Source of the DNA: Komarekiella atlantica HA4396-MV6
GTDB lineage: Bacteria > Cyanobacteriota > Cyanobacteriia > Cyanobacteriales > Nostocaceae
Length of the DNA stretch: 64,000 nt
Assembly: GCA_019359395.1 (NCBI GenBank)
Contig: JAHHHK010000010.1
Coordinates: 111,894 to 175,893 of the forward strand
Direction of reading: 5' to 3'
Positions within the stretch are counted from its first letter, which is position 1. Each line of letters starts with the position of its first letter. The notes beneath the pieces are model-generated. The model worked only from the letters and a program-made list of their open reading frames with translations. It had not been told where the DNA came from and searched no databases. This document shows, one piece after another, positions 26,942-37,952 of this stretch. The position numbers and the translations under genes were made by a program.

Positions 26942-28102
26942 TTATTCAGGGATAGCAAAAAAATGATGCATGAGTTTTGTCAGAGTTTGTTTGAATTGTT
27001 CAAAGCCAAATTTATCGATCGCCTTTTGCCTTAAAGCGTCAGGTTGATAAATTAAAGGATTTGGATAAGTACCTTGCAAAATTTGGATGAGAGTCTGAGC
27101 TATGGCATTCACATCCAAAGGATCGACCAAGGCCCCTAGTTCACCCTGACAAAGAGCATCAATTGCACCATCCTGATTACCACCCACTGTGGGTTTGCCA
27201 CATGCAAGTGCTTCTAGGTAGACTATCCCGAATCCTTCGCCTCGACTAGGCATGGCAAACACATCGCAAAGATTGTAGAAATCGCAGAGTTCGTTATCGG
27301 GAATAAAACCTGCTAGGGTAACGCTGTCTTGCAGGTTGAGTTGAGCAATCAGTTGCTCAATCCGGGGTTGGTCATCGCCTTTACCACCTAGTATGTAGTG
27401 AACATCTGGAATCTGAGACTTAATTTTCGGTAGCGCTTGAATAATTTTGTCGTATCCCTTATAGCCGTCTTCACTTGATAAACGAGTCACAGTGAAAATA
27501 ATCGGCTGATTAGACCTCAAGCCATAACGCTCTAGTAAATATTTTGGTTTAGAACTAGGCTGAAAACGATTCTCATCAAATGTAACTGGTAATATTTTTA
27601 TCTTATCGGTAGGGAGATTCTGCTCATTAATTAGGCGATCGCGTGTATACATGCTAATCGATATCACTATTTTTGCTGCATGTAGTGCTTTAATTTGCCA
27701 TTTATTTTGAATTTCCCAAGCATCAACCCCATAAACAATAACTCCGTAAGGAATACCTGTGAGCCGACGAATTAGGAGTGCTACTGGTGCAAAATTAATA
27801 TGGCCACATAAAATAAACTTTGGGCGACTAAGTATAGCTGTTTTGATTAAGTTAAAAGCAAAATGTTGTGTTCGTAAATACTTGGGTAGATGACCGCTAA
27901 AAAAAAATGAATAATTATTAGAATTAAATTTATCTTTTGGCTTACTTTTATCGAGCTTATCTAAAATCCAGAGAGAGGAATTAGGTAGTCTTTCTTGGAT
28001 GGTTTCCAATATGTCTTGTAAGTAAACTTGTATACCACCTTTGAACTCAAATAAATTAGGAAACCATAAATTTAAAGTACCTTTTTTCAGAGATTTTTGC
28101 AT
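26942..28102 (-). CDS. GT4 glycosyltransferase (PimB-like)
   Basis: KGGIQVY, YGVDAW, TRLSSEDGYKGYD, PSRGEGFGIVYLEALACG. Confidence 0.92.
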   Translation of the reverse strand: MQKSLKKGTLNLWFPNLFEFKGGIQVYLQDILETIQERLPNSSLWILDKLDKSKPKDKFNSNNYSFFFSGHLPKYLRTQHFAFNLIKTAILSRPKFILCGHINFAPVALLIRRLTGIPYGVIVYGVDAWEIQNKWQIKALHAAKIVISISMYTRDRLINEQNLPTDKIKILPVTFDENRFQPSSKPKYLLERYGLRSNQPIIFTVTRLSSEDGYKGYDKIIQALPKIKSQIPDVHYILGGKGDDQPRIEQLIAQLNLQDSVTLAGFIPDNELCDFYNLCDVFAMPSRGEGFGIVYLEALACGKPTVGGNQDGAIDALCQGELGALVDPLDVNAIAQTLIQILQGTYPNPLIYQPDALRQKAIDKFGFEQFKQTLTKLMHHFFAIPE

Positions 28103-28317
28103 GTTTAAAATCCTTTATATATTTACTAAAATGATTTATACACTATATTAAATAATATAAATTGCTTGTAATATGAATTCTATTTGAAAACTTTACTGAA
28201 ATTATGTTGATTAGTTCAAGATAATGCTTTTACAAGCATTCTGTAAAATATTATATTTGTTAAAATTTCTTTTTTCATTTATTAAGTATGATAAATTATA
28301 AAATTTATTAATAGAAA

Positions 28318-29454
28318 TTAGTTTGTAATTTTTGTTTTATATTTTTCCTCAATGGCTAGCTGATAAAGCTCAATATATTGATAAACCATGTTCTGTGCTG
28401 TAAATCTTTGTGAATTAATAAATCCTTTAGACTTGAACATTTCTAGTTTAGATAGAGATGAAACAATCTTTTCTACTGTATCTTCATGATTGTTTGGATC
28501 TATGTATACAGCTGCTTCTCCTCCTACATCATTCATTGGAGGACGATTTGAAGTAAAAACAGGACAACCGCAAGCTTGAGCTTCTATAATCGGCCACCCA
28601 AAACCCTCTTGTAAAGAAGGAAATAATAAGGCTGTTGCAGAAGAATAAAGAGCTCGCAAATTTTCATGTTCTATTTCCACTAGCTCTATTACCTTTTGAC
28701 TTAAGTTATGACTTTGAATAAACTTATGCATTTCATCAGTCATAGGTTTGCCTACCATCACTAGATACCATTCTGATTGTTTAAGTATTAGTTGATAAAA
28801 GATAGCTAAAACTCCCAAACGATTTTTATACCAGTGATTTGCCCCCACATGAAGAATAAAGCGACAATCTTGAGAGATTCCTAAAGCTTTTAAGCGTTGT
28901 TTAGCTTCTAAGGCTGCCATAGGGCTATAAGGATAGTTCAAGCCCACAGGAATTAAAGTTACAGCCTTCTCATCGAGAGTACTGAAACGGATCAAATCGT
29001 TTCTAGTCTGTTCGGAAATGCAAGCGACTTTTTGGGCTTGATTGAGTCCTTTCACAATCATCTGCTGTAATATTTTACCAGTCCATCCTGTTTTATACTC
29101 TAGAAATTCTCCCAAACCAGAACGAATTGCCAATAAATCATGACAAGTTACAATATGGGGTATGTTTTGTAGATATCTAGCATAAATGGCATTGCCATGA
29201 TCGCATATATGAACTACATCTGCCCAAGAAATTACTGAACGTAAATTTAACGGGAAAATGATTAACTTATCAATATAACCAAACCATTTTTTAAAGACAT
29301 TCGGGAATAGATGAAGACTGCCTAAGTATGGTATGGGGCGAATGACACGTACTTGATGACCAAACTGTATTAAATGATTTTCTAGCATGACTGAAAACAG
29401 ATCCATGCTTTGAATAGCATCTGGTTGGTAATTACCGATTAACAAAATTTTCAT
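28318..29454 (-). CDS. GT4 glycosyltransferase (MtfB-like)
   Basis: VTCHDLLAI, LHVGANHWYKN, FPSLQEGFGWPIIEAQACG. Confidence 0.92.
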   Translation of the reverse strand: MKILLIGNYQPDAIQSMDLFSVMLENHLIQFGHQVRVIRPIPYLGSLHLFPNVFKKWFGYIDKLIIFPLNLRSVISWADVVHICDHGNAIYARYLQNIPHIVTCHDLLAIRSGLGEFLEYKTGWTGKILQQMIVKGLNQAQKVACISEQTRNDLIRFSTLDEKAVTLIPVGLNYPYSPMAALEAKQRLKALGISQDCRFILHVGANHWYKNRLGVLAIFYQLILKQSEWYLVMVGKPMTDEMHKFIQSHNLSQKVIELVEIEHENLRALYSSATALLFPSLQEGFGWPIIEAQACGCPVFTSNRPPMNDVGGEAAVYIDPNNHEDTVEKIVSSLSKLEMFKSKGFINSQRFTAQNMVYQYIELYQLAIEEKYKTKITN

Positions 29455-29469
29455 TAAACTGAAAATATC

Positions 29470-30444
29470 TCAATGATTTTTAGGCGTTTTGCTGTGAGTT
29501 TTGAACTGCCACAACATGCGCTTTATATTAAGCACCACTGTACTAGGTATCAGAGTCGTTGCTACCTTTTTTGTCAAAGCGTTTAACATTTGAGGTAGCA
29601 ATTGCTTTTGTAAGCTGAATATGTCTTCAGGTGTCATGGTGGCAACTGAGGTGCTAGGAAATGCAGGATAACTTCTTTTGAAACCAAATCCCAAGTATTC
29701 CATGATCTCTGGATTTAGATTATCTAGATACTCTGTATTTATGAGATTTTTTTCGCCATGACCTATATATTCATTACCCACTTGATCGATTTGAAAAAGT
29801 AATGTTTTTCTAGTATATGTTTTATCTTGAAAAGGTTCAGCCCGATGAACTGCGTGTATATCACATAAAATCAGACTTCCTTTTTTCATAGAGAATGTTA
29901 ATATATCCTTTTTATATTTACTGTCGATAAAACTTTCAGTTAAGTAAATTTCGTGATCGAATTGAGGCGACCATATATGAGAATCTTTGACTAACTGAAA
30001 AGCATTCTTGGTGACATCAGACAAATAAAATAAAAACAATAAACCTGGCATATTGTGCTTGCTTGCTAGTTTTTTACCAATTTGGAGATTGTTATCAGTA
30101 TGCCATGGCATATTTCCTACTTTGCTAGTTTGATAAATTCTGTGATTTGTAAGTTTATACTTATCATTAAAGTACTGTTTGCAAATGTCTAAAACCTTTT
30201 GGGAAGTGATAATATCAAAAGATTTTTTTGAATTAGCTAAACAATGAGTTAAAAATTTCTGATTGTAAGCAATAACTGTACCAACATCATTGATATTAAC
30301 CAACATATTGTCGAAATCTACCTCTTGAAGTAGTTCTTCTACAAACTGCTCAGTTAAAGCTTGTTCACAAACAAAATATCCTTTAATTTTTAAGTCACTA
30401 ACTATTTGATTGGTACGACTATTTAAAAATGATAAATTAAACAT
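29470..30444 (-). CDS. PhyH-like Fe(II)/2-oxoglutarate dioxygenase
   Basis: GYFVCEQAL start; PWHTD (HxD); KKGSLILCDIHAVHRA distal His. Confidence 0.7.
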   Translation of the reverse strand: MFNLSFLNSRTNQIVSDLKIKGYFVCEQALTEQFVEELLQEVDFDNMLVNINDVGTVIAYNQKFLTHCLANSKKSFDIITSQKVLDICKQYFNDKYKLTNHRIYQTSKVGNMPWHTDNNLQIGKKLASKHNMPGLLFLFYLSDVTKNAFQLVKDSHIWSPQFDHEIYLTESFIDSKYKKDILTFSMKKGSLILCDIHAVHRAEPFQDKTYTRKTLLFQIDQVGNEYIGHGEKNLINTEYLDNLNPEIMEYLGFGFKRSYPAFPSTSVATMTPEDIFSLQKQLLPQMLNALTKKVATTLIPSTVVLNIKRMLWQFKTHSKTPKNH

Positions 30445-30885
30445 TATTTTTTTAGAGGTTTAGTAAATACAATATGGCATAAAAAGTTTAATTATTATTT
30501 GTTTTTTACTAATATTTAACTATTAGTACATTAAATTTAAAAACTCAGTCTTGGCTCAGTGATAAGCTTTAAAAGCTTAAATTTAACCTATTAAAATTTA
30601 TATAAAATCTAAAAACACGAGTTAAATTTAGACTTATTTGTTTGACACAATAAAGCCATTAAATAAAACATATTTCACCTTGAAAATGAGTATAGTAGTT
30701 TGTTGTCTGTTCGGTTAGATTGGAAAAATTTAACCGAACTTTTTATCATTACTCTAAAATTTCTGCTATTTAATATTTTTAACCGCTGTTGTTACTTGCC
30801 AGCATATTTTTAAGGGAAATTCATTAGTTTTTTATTTTACATATAATGAATGAAATATCCTCATTTCATAATCTTTTTATAAACT

Positions 30886-32145
30886 TTAACTGTGAGTTTT
30901 CAAAATATCTTTGACCTTGCTAGTTAGTGTTTGACGATATAAACTCCAATTGTACTGTTCAGCTTTGCGTCTAGCTGCTCGTCCCATTTCTGCTAATTCT
31001 TGAGGATGAGAGTAACACCACTCCAGTTTTTCCTTAAGCGTTTCTACATCTCTGATAGGCACTATAAATCCTTCCACACCGTCAGTTAAGACATCTAATC
31101 CGCCTGTGTTAGGTGTAGTAATCACAGGAATCCCACAAGCCATTGCTTCCAATATCACTAAACCAAAGCCTTCTACCAAAGAAGGGAAAACTAAAACGCT
31201 AGCACTACTGTAGTACTGATTGAGGAGGAGATGAGGTACAGAAGGGACATGACGGTAAATGTCTTTGTACTGTTCTAGCCAGCCTGAAGGGAAGAGGTTA
31301 GTCCCGACTAATACCAACTCTGCATCGCTTAGTTTTAATTCTTGCCAAGCTTGCATGAGGTAATGAACTCCTTTGCGGGGAGAAAGACGACCGACAAACA
31401 TAGCACGGAAGCGATCGCTAGTTTTTGGTTGGGGTTGGAATATATCTACAGGTGCGCCATAGGGAATGACAGTGATTTTTTCTGGCGCTATGTCAATCTC
31501 TATCAATGATTGTTTGGTTACTGAAGAAGCGACAAAGATATGATCTGCTAGTTTGATTTCTTGGTCTTTGCGCTCAAGTTTCCATGTAGGATCTTGAATA
31601 GTCTGAACTGCCGGGGCTAAAGCTGGAAATAACTCAGCTTCTTGCCGCATGATGCGATGAGTCATTTTATAAAAGGGAATAGGCAGATCGTACAAACAAA
31701 GAACGCCTTGCTGTTTAGCCTTGACAAAGGTGTTTGCAGCCAGATCCTCATAGGTGTAGATTGCATCTAAGCCGTCAAGGTGGTGTTTGGCTATTTGGCG
31801 ATCAAGAGATACATATACCCAATCCACTAACTGCATATCGCTGAAACCTAATCTAGGTGTTAGCTTGGTGAGAGATAAAAATATGCGGATGATTTCTTTC
31901 CACGGATATGTTTGAATTGGTACACCATTAGGAGAAATCCAAGTCCGCCTGCTCAACTCATTGGCGATAGTAGTTTTTAGATTCTTAGGCAGCAAATTCA
32001 AAAACTTCCATGTAGCTGCTTCTGGATCATAGGCGATCGGGGTAATTACCTCTTTCAATAAATTAGCCTCTGCTAAAGCTAAGGCAGCGTTGCGAGCAAA
32101 GGAAGGATTAATTTGATGAGCTAATGAAACGCTTTGATTAGACAT
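30886..32145 (-). CDS. GT4 glycosyltransferase
   Basis: VIPYGA, FVGRLSPRKG, FPSLVEGFGLVILEAMACG. Confidence 0.92.
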   Translation of the reverse strand: MSNQSVSLAHQINPSFARNAALALAEANLLKEVITPIAYDPEAATWKFLNLLPKNLKTTIANELSRRTWISPNGVPIQTYPWKEIIRIFLSLTKLTPRLGFSDMQLVDWVYVSLDRQIAKHHLDGLDAIYTYEDLAANTFVKAKQQGVLCLYDLPIPFYKMTHRIMRQEAELFPALAPAVQTIQDPTWKLERKDQEIKLADHIFVASSVTKQSLIEIDIAPEKITVIPYGAPVDIFQPQPKTSDRFRAMFVGRLSPRKGVHYLMQAWQELKLSDAELVLVGTNLFPSGWLEQYKDIYRHVPSVPHLLLNQYYSSASVLVFPSLVEGFGLVILEAMACGIPVITTPNTGGLDVLTDGVEGFIVPIRDVETLKEKLEWCYSHPQELAEMGRAARRKAEQYNWSLYRQTLTSKVKDILKTHS

Positions 32146-32201
32146 CCTATTGCTACCTTTAGTATCTGTAGGGTCAAAACTATTGAAAGACTTTGTATTA
32201 A

Positions 32202-33581
32202 TTAGATATCTTGTTGTTGCTGTCTCCAGTTTTTGGAGTATAAAAACTCTCTATATTCCAGTTCTGGAAGTAAGAATATAAAACCAGTTAAGAACCAGTA
32301 GTAAATTGCATAGGTATTGTTAAAGGCAAGTTGAGCAGGAAAGTTAATAGCTTGAAACAATAAAGAGGCAGTCCCTAACTGTCGTAAAAAGGGATTTTTT
32401 AGCTTCAGTAAAACTTGAAAAGTAGAAAAAAGTATAATTAAGCGTAGTCCATACCATAGTAGTAAGCCAAATGGCCCTAATTCTATTAAAACCCTCTCAG
32501 CATCTTTTTCTCCTATAGGAGGAGGCTCACCAATTGGTAATTTGAAAGCGTTACGTAAAGCACCCGATCCTTGATGAGTAGCTCCTATGCCATAACCATC
32601 AATTCCCTTTTCTTGCATTGCTTTCTCAGGTGTTGAAAAAGAAGATAAAGCGCGGCTAGAAAACTCTTGCTGAGCGCCTTCATCATTTAGACGCGAGGAG
32701 AATGTTTCTATTGCCTTACCAAAGAATCTAGGTACTAAAGCTGATATCAATATAATTGGTATTAATAATGACTTAACAGAACGAATAAATTCCGACAAAT
32801 GTGTAAAACTCAAGATACATACATATCCCAGTACAAACAAAACTTCAAACGCAAGTAAACCACGAGCGCCTGTCATAAAGGAAGTACCAACAACTAAAAA
32901 CGCTTCTATCAATGTCAAGAAACGCCAGATTGTTTTTTGTGGCAGAGTTAACAGAGGAATTAGTGTACTGAAACAAAATGACAGATAAGTAGAATAACCA
33001 GCAATGTAGGGGAAAGAACCAGTAACCCTAACAGCACCACCAGCAAGGGCATCTGCTCCTTTGCCGCCTGCATAAATGTTAATTGGACTTGATGGTGGAC
33101 TGAAGTATTGAACTGTAGCTAAAAGGCAAACTGGAATCACTAGTAACAAATAATTCCGTAAAAATTTGTATAGTTCTTCCTCCGACTGAAATAAGCTGGG
33201 TAATATCCACATTAAGGGCATATAAAAGAAATAGGCTTTAAGCCCAAAAATTCCAATTATTGGTGAGCCTAGGCTGGGATTAAAAGCTTGAAATACAGAC
33301 CAGCTAAATGCCATTATTAGAACAATATTTAAAATACTCCATTTAAATGGGTATTTTGGTTCAGAACTAAAATAATAGCTTAAATAAGCTATTAAAAGGA
33401 GTAAGTCTTTGAGAAAGTAAATCTGTTCAGTAGCTTGTGGTAGTACCCACTTTCGCAGCACGCCTTCAAAAATGATAATAATTAATGTAACTTTAACAGT
33501 ACGCCGCCAATTGAGAGCAGATAACCAAACTATGGCGATTAGAACTGTCAAAGCTATTAAAGCAACGAGCGGCTGCTGCAT
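32202..33581 (-). CDS. Wzy / O-antigen-ligase-like polytopic membrane protein
   Basis: About 10-12 TM segments; FEGVLRKWV; RVTGSF; TGARG; large loop with GYGIG and ELGPFGL, typical of Wzy_C-type proteins. Confidence 0.72.
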   Translation of the reverse strand: MQQPLVALIALTVLIAIVWLSALNWRRTVKVTLIIIIFEGVLRKWVLPQATEQIYFLKDLLLLIAYLSYYFSSEPKYPFKWSILNIVLIMAFSWSVFQAFNPSLGSPIIGIFGLKAYFFYMPLMWILPSLFQSEEELYKFLRNYLLLVIPVCLLATVQYFSPPSSPINIYAGGKGADALAGGAVRVTGSFPYIAGYSTYLSFCFSTLIPLLTLPQKTIWRFLTLIEAFLVVGTSFMTGARGLLAFEVLFVLGYVCILSFTHLSEFIRSVKSLLIPIILISALVPRFFGKAIETFSSRLNDEGAQQEFSSRALSSFSTPEKAMQEKGIDGYGIGATHQGSGALRNAFKLPIGEPPPIGEKDAERVLIELGPFGLLLWYGLRLIILFSTFQVLLKLKNPFLRQLGTASLLFQAINFPAQLAFNNTYAIYYWFLTGFIFLLPELEYREFLYSKNWRQQQQDI

Positions 33582-33758
33582 TAAACTATTATCCTCTTTA
33601 AAGTGCTAAGGTATATTTAATAATCAATGTCTTGATTGAAATGACTATATAAATGCAAGTTGACTATTTTCTGTAAGATATAATTAAATTAATAATGTAT
33701 TTGAATAAAAAATAAAGTTTATACTTGATATCTCAATCAAGGAATTATTATATAATTT

Positions 33759-34892
33759 TCATTTTGCGTACTCTCTATTTATAATATTTTCATAAATTTC
33801 AAGATATTTTTTAGTTAATTTTATATCATCAAATTCTTCTATTATCTTGTAAGAATTCTCTAAGAGCTTTTCATTTAAACTTTGGTTACTTATTAAATTC
33901 TTCATACACTCAAATAAAGATTGATAATCTCTATTTTTAAATTTTAGTCCGGCATCACCTATGCATTCTGCATGTCCACCAAACTCAGATGTTATAACAA
34001 TTTTACCTGCTGCTAAAAGCTCCAGAGATACTCCTCCCATTGGTTCTTCCCAGGCAGAGGGAACAACACCAATTGCAGCTTGACTCATCACTTCCATTAA
34101 TTCAGCACCATGTTTTGAACCTAAAAAATGTACATTATCAGATAGTTGTAAATCTGTAACCATTTTTTCTAATAACTTCCTCATATTGCCATCACCTACT
34201 ATCGCTAGATTAATATTTTGGAAATCAGATATTGAAACTAAAGCATGAAAGGCTTGTATAAGTTCTGGAAGTCCTTTTTCACTTACTAATCGACCAACAT
34301 ATATAAAGTAATATTTTCTTGGGTAAACTTGTTTTATCTGCTTAAATTGAGAAATAGGGTAAGGTGTGTATGCAACAACTTGGTTTTTTAAGGGTTGTCT
34401 TTTAGCAACCCAGTGAGTAGCAGCAATATTCAAATCCACATTTTCTGCAACATATCTCCTGATAGCCAGTTTTAAAGATTCTTTCAAAAAATAAATAAAA
34501 CCTTTTTTTTGCAGATAATAGCTTAAAGATGCTATGGGAGTCATAGGAGTTGGTTCACCATCGAACCAACCTAAACCATCTACACAAGAAACTTGATATC
34601 CGTTATGCGTCCATATAAAAGGTTTATTTGCTAATCGTGCAAAGGGATACATGGTAACGCTTGCTCCATTGGAGTGTACTAAAGAGCATTCACGAGTAAG
34701 ACTCAACCGCTCTCGAAATGTTGGTTGCCGAACTACCTGATAGCAACGGGGTTCTTCTCTGTTTGAAGGTGTTTCAGTGACAACTATACATTCATATCCT
34801 AATTTAGTAATATTCTCGGCAAGTGTAGCTGTGATAGTTTCAACTCCACCTAAAGATGGCCAGAATACTGAGGAATACAGTAGGATTTTCAT
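33759..34892 (-). CDS. GT4 glycosyltransferase
   Basis: FWPSLGGVET, YVGRLVSEKG, PSAWEEPMGGVSLE; ATG at 34892 (MKILL) preferred over the overlapping track start at 34922. Confidence 0.9.
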   Translation of the reverse strand: MKILLYSSVFWPSLGGVETITATLAENITKLGYECIVVTETPSNREEPRCYQVVRQPTFRERLSLTRECSLVHSNGASVTMYPFARLANKPFIWTHNGYQVSCVDGLGWFDGEPTPMTPIASLSYYLQKKGFIYFLKESLKLAIRRYVAENVDLNIAATHWVAKRQPLKNQVVAYTPYPISQFKQIKQVYPRKYYFIYVGRLVSEKGLPELIQAFHALVSISDFQNINLAIVGDGNMRKLLEKMVTDLQLSDNVHFLGSKHGAELMEVMSQAAIGVVPSAWEEPMGGVSLELLAAGKIVITSEFGGHAECIGDAGLKFKNRDYQSLFECMKNLISNQSLNEKLLENSYKIIEEFDDIKLTKKYLEIYENIINREYAK

Positions 34893-34902
34893 AGGGATTT
34901 TT

Positions 34903-35733
34903 CTATGGTTTTTTATATCCAAGAATTGCTAGCTCTAAAATACTTTTAAAAAAAAGCAAGATAAAATTAGGATACTGGCTTATTATTTGCAATCCGTTAT
35001 TCCTAAATAACCATAAACGTAAATTGTGCCTATAAATTTTATATTGAAGAGTGTTATGCCCGTAATAAGATGATTTATGGACTAGGTAAAAATAGCTTGC
35101 TTCTTTAAAAAATTTGACATCAAAATTATTAGAAATAATTGTAATAGCTAAATGTACATCTACACAAGGAGTATTATAAAATTTATGATTTTTAATAGCT
35201 TTTATCTTAAAAATATAGCCACTTGTTGATCCATAATATGTTTTCATTAATAAATGAAAACATTCCTTGCGATTTCTCCAATCGGGAGGGTCGTGTTCTA
35301 GTGAATTTCTAAATCCAATAATTTTTCCTTCTTCATTAATTGAAATACCGTTACTAATAGTAATTCCAAGATTTTCATTACTATCTAAAATTGCAATAGA
35401 TCTCTCTAAATGATTAGGCTGCCATATATCGTCATCATCTAATAATCCAACATAGGGAGTTGAAACCTCTTTTATTGCTAATTCTAAATGTAATGCTTGA
35501 GGAACACGAGAAGATTGTTGGATAAAGAATATTTCTTTTTCAGGAAACAAAGTTTTATATTCATTTATAACTTCTTTAATTTTTATTCGTTCCTGTAGAT
35601 TATCTGAGCAATCTGAAATAACAATTCTGTAGTATTTGTAGGTCTGAGCGCATACTGAAGCTAATGCTTTTGACAGGTAGTTACTTCGATTACAGGCTAG
35701 TATTAATACTGTCGTAGAACATTTGTTTTCCAT
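34903..35733 (-). CDS. GT2 glycosyltransferase
   Basis: VLILACNRSNYL, VISDCSD, YVGLLDDDD. Confidence 0.85.
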   Translation of the reverse strand: MENKCSTTVLILACNRSNYLSKALASVCAQTYKYYRIVISDCSDNLQERIKIKEVINEYKTLFPEKEIFFIQQSSRVPQALHLELAIKEVSTPYVGLLDDDDIWQPNHLERSIAILDSNENLGITISNGISINEEGKIIGFRNSLEHDPPDWRNRKECFHLLMKTYYGSTSGYIFKIKAIKNHKFYNTPCVDVHLAITIISNNFDVKFFKEASYFYLVHKSSYYGHNTLQYKIYRHNLRLWLFRNNGLQIISQYPNFILLFFKSILELAILGYKKP

Positions 35734-35831
35734 TTATCAAATCTTTCGTAAAAGGTAAAAAAGGCAAGCGATTAGCTAGTAGCAGGTCGTAAATGAAATA
35801 TGCAAAGAAAATTTGTAAACTTAAAGTCTGT

Positions 35832-36626
35832 CTATGATTTGAACGAAATATTTTTACATACTGTTAAATCACCATCTCTGGACAAATCATATTTATACAT
35901 AGACAAAGCTTTAAAAAATATTTTTTCACATTCTTCATCATGTAGTTCAATAATTATATTTTTGACTTTGTTAAGCCAATTCTCATAATTACGTGAGAAA
36001 ATTTCAATTTCTGCTCTTTCTACATCAATTTTAAGGATGTCAATATTTTCAAAACCTGATTTTTCTAATAAGCTACTGATATCTATCGCATATATATCTG
36101 GCTTTTCGTCGCCTTGATTTTCTCGTACTTGTGTAGACCACTCAAGACCATCCCTATACTGACCTCTACAAATTACAAGTCCTGCCTGATTAGACCAAAT
36201 AGCTGAATTAACCAATGAAACGCGATCGCTATAAGGTAAAAGGTTTCTTTCACAAGCTTTAAAGTTATTAATATCTGGTTCAACAGCAATTAAATGGGCA
36301 TTTGGATATTTATTGAGAAAATAAATAGCGGAATAACCTACATTTGTACCACAATCTATTATTAAACTAGGAGACTTTAAATCACTTAAAGAAGAATATT
36401 CTTGTCGAATAAAAACTTGATGAAATGCCCTAGAGTCACTTGTTCCATATCTAGACCAAATGGGATATTTAAAACCTTTGAGGCGTAAACGAATATATTT
36501 ATTTTTTGCAGTAATTTTAAATCTGTTTTCCAATAGATCAAAAAGTTTTTTACGTAGATAATAATTTATAACTGTCCAAACTCCCATCTCAGATGTCATT
36601 TCATGCAATTGCTTAAATAAAGCCAT
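35832..36626 (-). CDS. FkbM family methyltransferase
   Basis: IIDCGTNVGYS, AVEPD, LKIDVERAE; likely start MALF at 36626 after an AGAGGT SD. Confidence 0.88.
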   Translation of the reverse strand: MALFKQLHEMTSEMGVWTVINYYLRKKLFDLLENRFKITAKNKYIRLRLKGFKYPIWSRYGTSDSRAFHQVFIRQEYSSLSDLKSPSLIIDCGTNVGYSAIYFLNKYPNAHLIAVEPDINNFKACERNLLPYSDRVSLVNSAIWSNQAGLVICRGQYRDGLEWSTQVRENQGDEKPDIYAIDISSLLEKSGFENIDILKIDVERAEIEIFSRNYENWLNKVKNIIIELHDEECEKIFFKALSMYKYDLSRDGDLTVCKNISFKS

Positions 36627-36714
36627 TTTATTTACCTCTACAATCATTGTATAAACATTATTTACATAGTTATGCTACATTCTCAAATACCATTTATTAT
36701 TTATCTGAAACTTT

Positions 36715-37914
36715 TTAAGACTTGTGTGCAACAGCTTTTTCTAAAGCTTGCACTAGAGATTCTACATTTTCGTGAGGTGACCAAGTTTTCATTCTGTTAG
36801 AAGCAGCCGTTCCCATTTGTGTCAATAATTCGCGATCGCTAAGAGTAGTTTTCAAGATTTGTACTAAAGCATCCAAATTACCGCAGGGATAAACAAAGCC
36901 AGTTTTGCCCTCGTGAACCAGATCGTAACGAGCGCCTACGCGATCGCTGACTACTACAGGACAGCCACAAAGCATTGCCTCATTTACCACTACACCAAAA
37001 GGTTCATACTCTGATGGAAAGACTAATAAGTTAGCAGTGCAATAAATTGAAGGTAATTGGGACTGATTGACAAAACCAAGAAACCTAACTCGCTCTGTTA
37101 CTTCCAAAGCTTTGGCTTCTAATTCAAGTTCTGAACGCAATGGGCCTTCACCAGCAAACACGAGGTAGCTATCTGGTATATCAGCTTGGGCAAATGCTCG
37201 TAAAGCATCCTGTGGGCGCTTCCAGGGTTGGAGTTTAGCGCAAAAAAGGACAACTGGCGAATCTTCTGGAATATGCCACTGTTGTCGTACTGCTGCTCGA
37301 TTCACCTGCTTTGCCTGAGCTAACCACCATTCATTATTCACAACAAAAGGTGTTAATACTATCTGTTGCTCAGGAATTCCTAAAGAACTGATAAACTTTA
37401 CACCTCCAGATGAAGGAACAATGACAGTATTTGCTAATTGAAATATCTTGGGTAATATTAAACTCTTTACATACCTTTTCCAGACTGAGCCGCTTCGAGG
37501 AGTTAAATCTTGAGCATCTGTACTAAATAACAAATTAGTTCCACTAACTTTTGCTGCTGCTGCCAAAATCCAGAAACTAGCATAAGCGTAGCCTGTATAT
37601 GCAACTACAGCATCAAACTTTCCCGTTTTTATTTGTTTCCACAACTCCAGATTAATTAGACCAAAAAACTTACCCAATTTAGGTTGAGGAGATTGATTAG
37701 AAAGTTGAATCCAAGGATAACCATCTAACAATGGAATATCCCACTTTATTTCTACACCAAACTCAGAGTCAAAACCTAGCTCGGCACCTTGCAAACTACA
37801 ATACGCTACTAATATATCTAGCTTTGGGTGTTGTGCCATTAATTGGAAAAGCGGAGTAGAATACTGCACAGGATTAGCAGTAACAACTAAGACTCTATAC
37901 TTACGTGTATTCAT
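36715..37914 (-). CDS. GT4 glycosyltransferase
   Basis: FCAKLQPWKRP, PSEYEPFGVVVNEAMLCG; ATG at 37914 (track uses TTG at 37944). Confidence 0.92.
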   Translation of the reverse strand: MNTRKYRVLVVTANPVQYSTPLFQLMAQHPKLDILVAYCSLQGAELGFDSEFGVEIKWDIPLLDGYPWIQLSNQSPQPKLGKFFGLINLELWKQIKTGKFDAVVAYTGYAYASFWILAAAAKVSGTNLLFSTDAQDLTPRSGSVWKRYVKSLILPKIFQLANTVIVPSSGGVKFISSLGIPEQQIVLTPFVVNNEWWLAQAKQVNRAAVRQQWHIPEDSPVVLFCAKLQPWKRPQDALRAFAQADIPDSYLVFAGEGPLRSELELEAKALEVTERVRFLGFVNQSQLPSIYCTANLLVFPSEYEPFGVVVNEAMLCGCPVVVSDRVGARYDLVHEGKTGFVYPCGNLDALVQILKTTLSDRELLTQMGTAASNRMKTWSPHENVESLVQALEKAVAHKS

Positions 37915-37952
37915 ATTGGCTAAGGTTATAATAACCTCTAACAATTATCAGC

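Noticed and set aside
32202-33581. Assigning the symbol hpsL or wzy to the polytopic membrane protein
   Set aside because: The motifs do not distinguish polymerase, ligase and oligosaccharyltransferase by eye.
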